DNA of 41,009 nt from Squalus acanthias (Eukaryota), in contig JASTWF010000330.1 of assembly GCA_030390025.1 (NCBI GenBank), positions 496,001-537,009 of the forward strand, read 5' to 3'. Below, piece by piece: positions 1 to 10,114 of the stretch. The notes below the pieces were generated by a model. It was not told the DNA's origin and ran no database searches. It saw only the letters and a list, made by a program, of their open reading frames with translations. Position numbers and translations under genes: made by a program. The stretch's first letter is position 1, and every line of letters begins with the position of its first letter.

Positions 1-51
1 AGTCACATTAGGTGAACATTCTGTACAAAATGGACCGAACGAGACAGATAC

Positions 52-147
52 CTGAGACTGCAGACCCCACTGGGATAGTGAATGAACGGTCAGTGGATTC
101 TCGAGTCGACTGTTCCTCGGGTTCCTGTGCTGTGAGTGTTTCCTGAT
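52..147 (-). CDS. Repeat exon, type A: DQETLTAQEPEEQSTRESTDRSFTIPVGSAVS
   Basis: Minus strand ...ctttattacag|ATCAGG...TCTCAG|gtatct; 96 nt. Confidence 0.72.
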
Positions 148-3100
148 CTGTAATAAAGGAAGAGAGACAGGGGAGAGTGTAGAGTGGAGAAACCAGAACA
201 GGTCATCAGGCTGGTACTGGAGCCAATCACAATCCCACTCACTCACTGCGTCCGACTGCACTCAGTCTCCTCATCCCACTGCCCTAGTCTCCTCATTCCA
301 TTCCACAAAATATTCTCATCCCATTCCCCACAGTCTACTCATCCCACTCCCATCAGTCTCATCATCTCACTCCCCACAGTCACATCATCCCACTCCCCTC
401 GATCTCCTCATCCCACTCCCCTCAGTCTCGTCATCCCACTCTCCTCAGTCTCCTCATCCCACTCCCCTCGGTCTCCTCATCCCACTCCCCTGAGTCTCCT
501 CATTCCATTCCCCTCAGCCTCCTGCTCCCACTCCCCTCAGTCTCCTCATCCCACTCCCCTCAGTCTCCTCATCCCGCTCCCCTCAGTCACAACACCCACT
601 CATTCAGTAAGAGACTGGATGAGCTTTTCAGGAGTCACATTGGGTGAACAGACTGAACACAATGGACCGAACGAGACAGATACCTGAGACTGCAGACCCC
701 ACTGGGATACTGGATGAACGGTCAGTGGATTCTCGAGTCGACTGTTCCTCGGGTTCCTGTGCTGTGAGTGTTTCCGGATCTGTAATAAATGAAGAACGAC
801 AGGGGAGAGTGTAGAGTGGAGAAAACCAGAACAGGTCATCAGGCTGGAACTGGAGCCAATCACAATCCCACTCACTCACTGCGTCCGAATACCTGCAGTG
901 TCTTCATCCAGCTCCCCTTAGATTCCTCATACCATTCCACAAAATATTCTCATCCCATTCCCCACAGTCTCCTCATTCCACTCACCTCAGTCTCCTCATC
1001 ACATTCCCCTCTGTCTCTACATCCAACTCCCCTCAGTCTCCTCATCCCACTCCCCTCAGTCTCCTCATTCCATTCACCTCAGTCTCCTACTCCCACACCC
1101 CTCAGTCTCCACATCCCACTCCCCACAGTCACTTCATCCCACTCCCCTCTGTCTCCTCATCCCACTCCCCTCAATCTCCTCATTCCATTCCCTTCAGCCT
1201 CCTACTCCCACTCCCCTCAGTCTCCACATCCCACTCCCCTCAGTCTCCACATCCCACTCCCTTCAGTCTCCTCATCCCACTCCACACAGTCTCCTCAACC
1301 CACTACCCTCAGTCACAACAACCACTCACTCAGTAAGAGACTGAATGAGCTTTTCAGGAGTCACATTGGGTGAACAGACTGTACACAATGTACCGAACAA
1401 GACAGATACCTGAGACTGCAGACCCCACTGGGATGGTGAATGAACGGTCAGTGGATTCTCGAGTCGACTGTTCCTCGGGTTCCTTTGTTTTGGATATGGC
1501 CGGATCTGTAATAAAGGAAGAGAGACATGGGAGAGTGCAGAGTGGAGAAAACCAGAACAGGTCATCAGGCTGGTACTGGAGCCAATCATAATCCCACTCA
1601 CTCACTGCGTCCGACTCCCTTCAGTCTCATCATCCCACCCCCCTCAGCCTCCTCATCCAGCTCCCCAAAGTCCCCTCATCCAGCTCCCCTCAGTCTCCTC
1701 ATCCCATTACCCTCAGTCACCTCACCCCACTCCCCCCATCTCCTCATTCCACTCCCCTCAGTCTCCTCATCCCACTCCCCTCAGTCTCAACATCCCTCTC
1801 CCCTCCGTCTACTCATCCCATTCCCTTCAGTCTCGTCATCCACACTCCCTTCAGTCTCCTCATTCCACACCCCTCAGTCTCCTCATCCCACACCCTTGAG
1901 TCTCCTGTTCCCACTCCCCTCAGTATCCTCATCCCACTTCCCTCAATATCCACATGCCACTCCCCTCAGTCTCCTCATCCCGCTGCCCTCAGTCACGAAA
2001 TCCAATCACTCAGTAAGAGACTGGATGACCTTTTCAGGAGTCACATTAGGTGAACATTCTGTACAAAATGGACCGAACGAGACAGATACCTGAGACTGCA
2101 GACCCCACTGGGATAGTGAATGAACGGTCAGTGGATTCTCGAGTCGACTGTTCCTCGGGTTCCTGTGCTGTGAGTGTTTCCTGATCTGTAATAAAGGAAG
2201 AGAGACAGGGGAGAGTGTAGAGTGGAGAAACCAGAACAGGTCATCAGGCTGGTACTGGAGCCAATCACAATCCCACTCACTCACTGCGTCCGACTGCACT
2301 CAGTCTCCTCATCCCACTGCCCTAGTCTCCTCATTCCATTCCACAAAATATTCTCATCCCATTCCCCACAGTCTACTCATCCCACTCCCATCAGTCTCAT
2401 CATCTCACTCCCCACAGTCTCATCATCCCACTCCCCTCGATCTCCTCATCCCACTCCCCTCAGTCTCGTCATCCCACTCTCCTCAGTCTCCTCATCCCAC
2501 TCCCCTCGGTCTCCTCATCCCACTCCCCTGAGTCTCCTCATTCCATTCCCCTCAGCCTCCTGCTCCCACTCCCCTCAGTCTCCTCATCCCACTCCCCTCA
2601 GTCTCCTCATCCCGCTCCCCTCAGTCACAACACCCACTCATTCAGTAAGAGACTGGATGAGCTTTTCAGGAGTCACATTGGGTGAACAGACTGAACACAA
2701 TGGACCGAACGAGACAGATACCTGAGACTGCAGACCCCACTGGGATACTGGATGAACGGTCAGTGGATTCTCGAGTCGACTGTTCCTCGGGTTCCTGTGC
2801 TGTGAGTGTTTCCGGATCTGTAATAAATGAAGAACGACAGGGGAGAGTGTAGAGTGGAGAAAACCAGAACAGGTCATCAGGCTGGAACTGGAGCCAATCA
2901 CAATCCCACTCGCTCACTGCGTCCGAATACCTGCAGTGTCTTCATCCAGCTCCCCTTAGATTCCTCATACCATTCCACAAAATATTCTCATCCCATTCCC
3001 CACAGTCTCCTCATTCCACTCACCTCAGTCTCCTCATCACATTCCCCTCTGTCTCTACATCCAACTCCCCTCAGTCTCCTCATCCCACTCCCCTCAGTCT

Positions 3101-6100
3101 CCTCATCCAGCTCCCCTCAGTCTCCTCATACCACTCCACACAGTCTCATCATCCCACTCCGCTCCGTCTCCTCATCCCACTCCCCTCAGTCTGATCATTC
3201 CATTCCCCTCAGCCTCCTACACCCAATCCCCTCAGTCTCCAAATCCCAATCCCCTCAGTCTCCACATCCCACTCCCCTCAGTTTGCTCATCCCACTCCCC
3301 ACAGTCTCCTCATCCCACTCCCCTCAGTCTCCTCATCCCACTACCCTCAGTCACAACACCCACTCACTCATAAGAGACTGGATGAGCTTTTCAGGAGTCA
3401 CATCGGTTGAACAGACTGTACACAACGGACCGAACGAGACAGATACCTAAGACTGCAGACCCCACTGGGACAGTGGATGAACGGTCAGTGGATACTCGAG
3501 TCGACTGTTCCTCGGGTTCCTGTGTTTTGGATATGTCCGGATCTGTAATAAAGGAAGAGAGACATGGGAGAGTGTAGAGTGGAGAAAACCAGAACAGGTC
3601 ATCAGGCTGGTACTGGAGCCAATCATAATCCCACTCATTAACTGCGCCCGACTCCCTTCAGTCTCATCATCCCACTCCCCTAGTCTCCTCATACCATTCC
3701 ACAAAATATCCTCATCCCATTCCCCACAGTCTCCACATTCCACTCAACTGTGTCTCCTCATCCCACTCCCCTTAGTCTCCTCATCCCACTCCCCTCTGTC
3801 TCCTCATCCCACTCCCCTCTGTCTAATCATCCAGTTCCCCTCAGTCTCCTCATATCACTCCCTTCAGTCTCCTCATCACACTCCCCTCAGTCTCCTCATA
3901 ACACTCCCCACAGTCACCTCATCCGACTCCCCTCAGTCTCCTCATCCCACTCCACACAGTCTCCTCATGCCACTCCCCTTAGTCTCCTCATCACACTCCC
4001 CTTAGTCTCCTCATCACGCTCCCCTCAGTCTCCTCCTCCCACTCCCATCATTCTCATCATCCCACACCCCACAGTCACCTCATCCCACTCCCCTCGGTCT
4101 CCTCATCACACTCCCCTCAGTCTCCTCATTCCATTCCCCTCAGCCTCCTGATCCCACTCCCCTCAGTCTCCTCCTCCCACTCCCATCAGTCTCATCATCC
4201 CACACCCCACAGTCACCTCATCCCACTCCCCTCGTTCTCCTTATCACACTCCCCTCAGTCTCCTCATCCCACTCCCATCAGTCTCCTTATCCCACTCCCC
4301 TCACTCTCCACCTCCCACTCCACTCAGTCTCCTCATTCCATTCCCCTCAGTCTCCTCCTCCCACTCCCCTCAGTCTCCTCATCACACTCCCCTCAGTCTC
4401 CTCGTCACACTCCCCTCAGTCTCCACATAACCCTCCACACAGTCTCCTCTTCCCACTCCCCTCAGTCTCCTCATCCCACTCCCCTCAGTCTCCTCATTCA
4501 GCTCCCCTCAGTCTCCTCGTCCCACTCCTCTCAGTCTCCTCATCCCACTCCCCTCAGTCTCCACATCCCACTCCCCACAGTCTCCTCATCCCACTTCCCT
4601 CAGTCTCCTCATCCAGCTCCCCTCAGTCTCCTCTTCCCACTCCCCTCTGTCTCATCATTCCACTCCCCTCTGTCTCCTCATCCCACTCCGCTCAGTCTCC
4701 TCATTCAGCTCCCCTCAGTCACAACACCCATTCACTCAGTAAGGGACTGGATGATCTTTTCAGGAGTCACAATGGTTGAACAGACTGTACACAATGGACC
4801 GAACGAGACAGACACCTGAGGCTGCAGACCCCACTGGGATAGTGGATGAACGGTCAGTGGATTCTCGAGTCGACTGTTCCTCGGGTTCCTGTGTTTTGGA
4901 TATGTCCGGATCTGCAATTAAGGAAGAGAGACATGGGAGAGTGTAGAGTGGAGAAAACCAGAACAGGTCATCAGGCTGGTACTGGAGCCAATCAAAATTC
5001 CACTCACTCATTGCGCCCGACTCCCTTCAGTCTCATCATCCCACTCCCCTAGTCTCCTCATACAATTCCACAAAATATTCCCATCCCATTCCCCACAGTC
5101 TCCACATTCCACTCAACTGTGTCTCCTCATCCCACTCCCCTTAGTCTCCTCATCCCACTCCCCTCTGTCTCCTCATCCCACTCCCCTCAGTCTCCTCAAA
5201 CCACTCCCTTCAGTCTCCTCATCACACTCCCCTCAGTCTCCTCATAACACTCACCACAGTCACCTCATCCGACTCCCCTCAGTCTCCTCATCACACTCCA
5301 CACAGTCTCCTCATGCCACTCCCCTTAGTCTCCTCATCCCACTCCCCTCAGTATCCTCATTCCATTCCCCTCAGCCTCCTACTCCCACTCCCCTCAGTCT
5401 CCACATCCCACTCCCCTCAGTCTCCACATCCCACTCCCCTCAGTCTCCTCATCCCACTCCACACAGTCTCCTCATGCCACTCCCCTTAGTCTCCTCATCC
5501 CACTCCCCTCAGTCTCCTCATTCCATTCCCCTCAGCCTCCTACTCCCACTCCCCTCAGTCTCCACATCCCACTCCACTCAGTCTCCTCATCCCACTCCCC
5601 TCAGTCTCCTCATCCCGCTCCCCTCAGTCACAACACCCACTCATTCAGTAAGAGACTGGATGAGCTTTTCAGGAGTCACATTGGGTGAACAGACTGAACA
5701 CAATGGACCGAACGAGACAGATACCTGAGACTGCAGACCCCACTGGGATACTGGATGAACGGTCAGTGGATTCTCGAGTCGACTGTTCCTCGGGTTCCTG
5801 TGCTGTGAGTGTTTCCGGATCTGTAATAAATGAAGAACGACAGGGGAGAGTGTAGAGTGGAGAAAACCAGAACAGGTCATCAGGCTGGAACTGGAGGCAA
5901 TCACAATCCCACTCACTCACTGCGTCCGAATACCTGCAGTCTCTTCATCCAGCTCCCCTTAGATTCCTCATACCATTCCACAAAATATTCTCATCCCATT
6001 CCCCACAGTCTCCTCATTCCACTCACCTCAGTCTCCTCATCCCATTCCCCTCTGTCTCTACATCCAGCTCCCCTCAGTCTCCTCATCCCACTCCCCTCAG

Positions 6101-9100
6101 TCTCCTCATCCAGCTCCCCTCAGTCTCCTCATACCACTCCACACAGTCTCATCATCCCACTCCCCACAGTCACCTCATCCCACTCCGCTCCGTCTCCTCA
6201 TCCCACTCCCCTCAGTCTGATCATTCCATTCCCCTCAGCCTCCTACTCCCAATCCCCTCAGTCTCCAAATCCCACTCCCCTCAGTCTCCACATCCCACTC
6301 CCCTCAGTTTGCTCATCCCACTACCCTCAGTCACAACACCCACTCACTCATAAGAGACAGGATAAGCTTTTCAGGAGTCACATCGGTTGAACAGACTGTA
6401 CACAACGGATCGAACGAGACAGATACCTAAGACTGCAGACCCCACTGGGACAGTGGATGAACGGTCAGTGGATACTCGAATCGACTGTTCCTCGGGTTCC
6501 TGTGTTTTGGATATGTCCGGATCTGTAATAAAGGAAGAGAGACATGGGAGAGTGTAGAGTGGAGAAAACCAGAACAGGTCATCAGGCTGGTACTGGAGCC
6601 AATCATAATCCCACTCACTCACTGCGCCCGACTCCCTTCAGTCTCATCATCCCACTCCCCTAGTCTCCTCATACCATTCCACAAAATATTCTCATCCCAT
6701 TCCCCACAGTCTCCACATTCCACTCAACTGTGTCTCCTCATCCCACTCCCCTTAGTCTCCTCATCCCACTCCCCTCTGTCTAATCATCCAGTTCCCCTCA
6801 GTCTCCTCATATCACTCCCTTCAGTCTCCTCATCACACTCCCCACAGTCACCTCATCCGACTCCCCTCAGTCTCCTCATCCCACTCCACACAGTCTCCTC
6901 ATGCCACTCCCCTTAGTCTCCTCATCACACTCCCCTTAGTCTCCTCATCACGCTCCCCTCAGTCTCCTCCTCCCACTCCCATCATTCTCATCAGCCCACA
7001 CCCCACAGTCACCTCATCCCACTCCCCTCGGTCTCCTCATCACACTCCCCTCAGTCTCCTCATTCCATTCCCCTCAGCCTCCTGATCCCACTCCCCTCAG
7101 TCTCCTCCTCCCACTCCCATCAGTCTCATCATCCCACACCCCACAGTCACCTCATCCCACTCCCCTCGTTCTCCTTATCACACTCCCCTCAGTCTCCTCA
7201 TCCCACTCCCATCAGTCTCCTTATCCCACTCCCCTCACTCTCCACCTCCCACTCCACTCAGTCTCCTCATGCCATTCCCCTCAGTCTCCTCCTCCCACTC
7301 CCCTCAGTCTCCTCATCACACTCCCCTCAGTCTCCTCGTCACACTCCCCTCAGTCTCCTCATAACCCTCCACACAGTCTCCTCTTCCCACTCCCCTCAGT
7401 CTCCTCATCCCACTCCCCTCAGTCTCCTCATTCAGCTCCCCTCAGTCTCCTCGTCCCACTCCCCTCAGTCTCCTCATCCCACTCCCCTCAGTCTCCACAT
7501 CCCACTCCCCACAGTCTCCTCATCCCACTTCCCTCAGTCTCCTCATCCAGCTCCCCTCAGTCTCCTCTTCCCACTCCCCTCTGTCTCATCATTCCACTCC
7601 CCTCTGTCTCCTCATCCCACTCCGCTCAGTCTCCTCATTCAGCTCCCCTCAGTCACAACACCCATTCACTCAGTAAGGGACTGGATGATCTTTTCAGGAG
7701 TCACAATGGTGGAACAGACTGTACACAATGGACCGAACGAGACAGACACCTGAGGCTGCAGACCCCACTGGGATAGTGGATGAACGGTCAGTGGATTCTC
7801 GAGTCGACTGTTCCTCGGGTTCCTGTGTTTTGGATATGTCCGGATCTGCAATTAAGGAAGAGAGACATGGGAGAGTGTAGAGTGGAGAAAACCAGAACAG
7901 GTCATCAGGCTGGTAATGGAGCCAATCAAAATCCCACTCACTCATTCCGCCCGACTCCCTTCAGTCTCATCATCCCACTCCCCTAGTCTCCTCATACAAT
8001 TCCACAAAATATTCCCATCCCATTCCCCACAGTCTCCACATTCCACTCAACTGGGTCTCATCATCCTACTCCCCTTAGTCTCCTCATCCCACTCCCCTCT
8101 GTCTCCTCATCCCACTCCCCTCAGTCTCCTCAAACCACTCCCTTCAGTCTCCTCATCACACTCCCCTCAGTCTCCTCATAACACTCCCCACAGTCACCTC
8201 ATCCGACTCCCCTCAGTCTCCTCATCCCACTCCACACAGTCTCCTCATGCCACTCCCCTTAGTCTCCTCATCCCACTCCCCTCTGTCTCCTCATCCCACT
8301 CCCCTCAGTCTCCTCATACCACTCCCTTCAGTCTCCTCATCCGTCTCCCCTCAGTCTCCTCTTCCCACTCCCCTCAGTCTCCTCCTCCCACTCCCATCAG
8401 TCTCCTCATAACACTCCCCACAGTCACCTCATCCCACTCCCCTCAGTCTCCTCATCACACTCCCCTCAGTCTCCTCATCCCACTCCCCTCAGTCTCCTCA
8501 TCCCACTCCACTCAGCCTCCTCATCCCACTCCCCTCAGTTCCCTCATCCCACTCCCCTCAGTCTCCTGATTCAGCTCCCCTCAGTCTCCTCATCCCACGC
8601 CCCTCAGTCTCCCCATCCCACTCCCCTCAGTCTCCTCATCCCACTCCCCTCTGTCTCCTCATCACACTCCCCTCAGTCTCCTCATCCCACTCCCCTCAGT
8701 CTCCTCATTCCACTCCCCTCAGTCCCCTCATCCCACTCCCCTCAGTCTTCTCATCCCACTCCCCTCAGTCTCCACATCCCACTCCACACAGTCTCCTCAT
8801 TCCACTCCCCTCAGTCTCCACATGCCACTCCACACAGTCTCCTCATCCCACTCCCCTCAGTCTCCACATCCCACTCCCCTCAGTCTCCTCATCGCACTCC
8901 CCTCAGTCTATTCATCCCACTCCCCTCTGTCTCTTCATTCCACTCCACACAGTCTCCTCATCCCACTCCCCACATTCTCCTCATCCCTATAGCCACAGTC
9001 TCCTCATCCCAATCCCCTCAGTTTCCTCAGCCCACTCCCCTTTTTCTCCTCTTCCCACTCCCCTCAAGCTACTCATCCCACTCTCCTCATCACACTCCCC

Positions 9101-10009
9101 ACAATCACCTCCTCCCACTCCCCTCAGTCTCCTCGTCCCACTCCCCTCAGTACCACATCCCACTCCCCACAGTCTCCACATCCCACTCCCCACAGTCTCC
9201 TCATCCCACTTCCCTCAGTCTCCTCATCCAGCTCCCCTCAGTCTCCTCTTCCCACTCCCCTCTGTCTCCTCTTCCCACTCCCCTCTGTCTCCTCATCCCA
9301 CTCCCCTCAGTCTCCTCATTCCACTCCCCTCAGTCCCCTCATTCCACTCCCCTCAGTCTACTCATCCCACTCCCCTCAGTCTCCACATCCCACTCCACAC
9401 AGTCTCCTCATCCCACTCCCCTCTGTCTCCTCATTCCACTCCCCTCAGTCCCCTCATTCCACTCCCCTCAGTCTTCTCATCCCACTCCCCTCAGTCTCCA
9501 CATCCCACTCCACACAGTCTCCTCATCCCACTCCCCTCTGTCTCCTCATCCCACTCCCCTCAGTCTCCTCATTCAGCTCCCCTCAGTCTCCTCATTCAGC
9601 TCCCCTCAGTCTCCTCGTCCCATTCCCCTCAGTCTCCTCCTCCCACTCCCCTCAGTCTCCTCATCACACTCCCCTCAGTCTCCTCCTCCCACACCCCTCA
9701 GTCTCATCATCACACTCCCCACACTTTCCTCATCCCACTTCCCACAGTCTCCTAATCCCACTCCACTCAGTCTCCACATCCCACTCCCCTCAGTCTCCTC
9801 ATCCCTCTACCCTCAGTCACAATACCCACTCACTCAGTAAGAGACTGGATGAGCTTTTCAGGAGGCACATTGTGTGAACAGACTGTACACAATGGACCGA
9901 ACGAGACAGATACCTGAGACTGCAGACCACACTGGGATAGTGGATGAACGGTCAGTGGATTCTCGAGTCGACTGATCCTCGGGTTCCTGTGTTGTGGATG
10001 TGTCCGGAT
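52..10009 (-). CDS. Partial spliced gene: 11 tandem 96-nt phase-1 exons encoding a 32-aa S/T/E/P-rich (mucin-like) repeat region; start and stop lie outside the window
   Basis: All 11 copies have a pyrimidine tract + CAG upstream and GT downstream on the minus strand, are exactly 96 nt with no indels, and have no stop in the phase-1 frame (junction codon G|AT = Asp). Phase 0 has TAG in two copies; phase 2 has TGA in all. The product class is inferred from composition only (about one third Ser/Thr, acidic, no Cys). Confidence 0.72.
684..779 (-). CDS. Repeat exon, type B: DPETLTAQEPEEQSTRESTDRSSSIPVGSAVS
   Basis: tttattacag|ATCCGG...TCTCAG|gtatct; 96 nt; in frame with ORF 628..879(-). Confidence 0.72.
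780..845 (-). promoter_or_regulatory. Representative 3' splice signal (candidate branch point, pyrimidine tract, CAG); repeated in every cassette
   Basis: Minus strand cctgatgacctgttctggttttctccactctacactctcccctgtcgttcttcatttattacag: about 60 nt free of AG, pyrimidine-rich, with yTnAy-like CTGAT at its 5' end. Confidence 0.6.
1410..1505 (-). CDS. Repeat exon, type C: DPAISKTKEPEEQSTRESTDRSFTIPVGSAVS
   Basis: tttattacag|ATCCGG...TCTCAG|gtatct; 96 nt; in frame with ORF 1354..1605(-). Confidence 0.72.
2090..2185 (-). CDS. Repeat exon, type A: DQETLTAQEPEEQSTRESTDRSFTIPVGSAVS
   Basis: Same as 52..147 at offset 2038; AG/GT intact. Confidence 0.72.
2722..2817 (-). CDS. Repeat exon, type B: DPETLTAQEPEEQSTRESTDRSSSIPVGSAVS
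   Basis: Same as 684..779 at offset 2038; AG/GT intact. Confidence 0.72.
3447..3542 (-). CDS. Repeat exon, type D: DPDISKTQEPEEQSTRVSTDRSSTVPVGSAVL
   Basis: tttattacag|ATCCGG...TCTTAG|gtatct; the TTA G end is Leu in phase 1 but a stop in phase 0. Confidence 0.7.
   Translation of the reverse strand: MRTYPKHRNPRNSRLEYPLTVHPLSQWGLQS
4816..4911 (-). CDS. Repeat exon, type E: DPDISKTQEPEEQSTRESTDRSSTIPVGSAAS
   Basis: ttaattgcag|ATCCGG...CCTCAG|gtgtct; flanks diverge from other types but AG and GT are kept. Confidence 0.7.
5725..5820 (-). CDS. Repeat exon, type B: DPETLTAQEPEEQSTRESTDRSSSIPVGSAVS
   Basis: tttattacag|...|gtatct; 96 nt; in frame with ORF 5669..5920(-). Confidence 0.72.
6427..6522 (-). 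CDS. Repeat exon, type D variant: DPDISKTQEPEEQSIRVSTDRSSTVPVGSAVL
   Basis: tttattacag|...TCTTAG|gtatct; 96 nt; in frame with ORF 6371..6622(-). Confidence 0.7.
   Translation of the reverse strand: MRTYPKHRNPRNSRFEYPLTVHPLSQWGLQS
7750..7845 (-). CDS. Repeat exon, type E: DPDISKTQEPEEQSTRESTDRSSTIPVGSAAS
   Basis: ttaattgcag|...CCTCAG|gtgtct; 96 nt; in frame with ORF 7694..7945(-). Confidence 0.7.
9914..10009 (-). CDS. Repeat exon, type F (first in transcript order): DPDTSTTQEPEDQSTRESTDRSSTIPVWSAVS
   Basis: tttattacag|ATCCGG...TCTCAG|gtatct; 96 nt; in frame with ORF 9858..10109(-). Confidence 0.72.
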
Positions 10010-10114
10010 CTGTAATAAAGGAAGAGAGACATGGGACAGTGTAGAGTGGAGAAAACCAGAACAGGTCATCAGGCTGGTACTGGAGCCGATCACAATCCCA
10101 CTCACTCACTGTGT

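Larger units (their letters stand above)
250..9825 (+). repeat. Minisatellite satA, 23-bp unit CCCACTCCCCTCAGTCTCCTCAT, in ten intronic blocks
   Basis: Approximate blocks: 250-598, 885-1325, 1611-2005, 2290-2636, 2925-3362, 3648-4730, 5017-5639, 5926-6342, 6628-7664, 7951-9825. Units are moderately diverged, and the + strand is strongly C/T-rich. Confidence 0.97.
1..10114. repeat. Compound tandem array: 11 copies of a ~280-bp cassette (exon plus ~85-100 bp non-satellite flank each side) interleaved with minisatellite
   Basis: Exon-to-exon spacings are 632, 726, 680, 632, 725, 1369, 909, 702, 1323 and 2164 bp. The cassette is recognisable by e.g. ctgcagaccccactggga and gtcgactgttcctcgggttcc. 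The array is truncated by the left edge. Confidence 0.97.

Noticed and set aside
732..742. Overlapping XhoI/SalI sites (CTCGAGTCGAC) resembling a vector polylinker
   Set aside because: They are embedded in every naturally diverged cassette and mutated in one copy, with no other vector sequence.
684..779. Alternative phase-2 reading, in which more differences are silent, with an invariant TGA (possible selenocysteine)
   Set aside because: It requires recoding a TGA in every exon, no SECIS can be assessed in the window, and the silent excess is modest. Phase 1 is open without special assumptions. cDNA context would decide.
770..845. Hammerhead ribozyme or C/D snoRNA suggested by minus-strand CTGATGA with downstream GAAAC/CTGA
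   Set aside because: GAAAC is present only in A/B copies, I could not build stem II or the flanking helices, and there is no terminal stem for a snoRNA. An Infernal/Rfam scan would settle it.
628..879. 83-aa minus-strand ORFs (MSEWDCDW...) as standalone small genes
   Set aside because: They lack an ATG start in most copies, and type A copies have a 1-bp deletion in the part upstream of the acceptor (gaaacc vs gaaaacc) while the 96-nt core stays intact. They are better explained as an exon plus read-through intron.
184..8569. Ser/Pro/His-rich + strand ORFs (SSSHSPQSPHPTPLSLLIPLP)
   Set aside because: These are translations of satA, open for the same stop-poor reason, with frame and extent inconsistent between copies.
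1..10114. CRISPR-like repeat/spacer architecture
   Set aside because: The repeats are ~280 bp, the spacers are minisatellite rather than unique sequence, and there are no cas genes.
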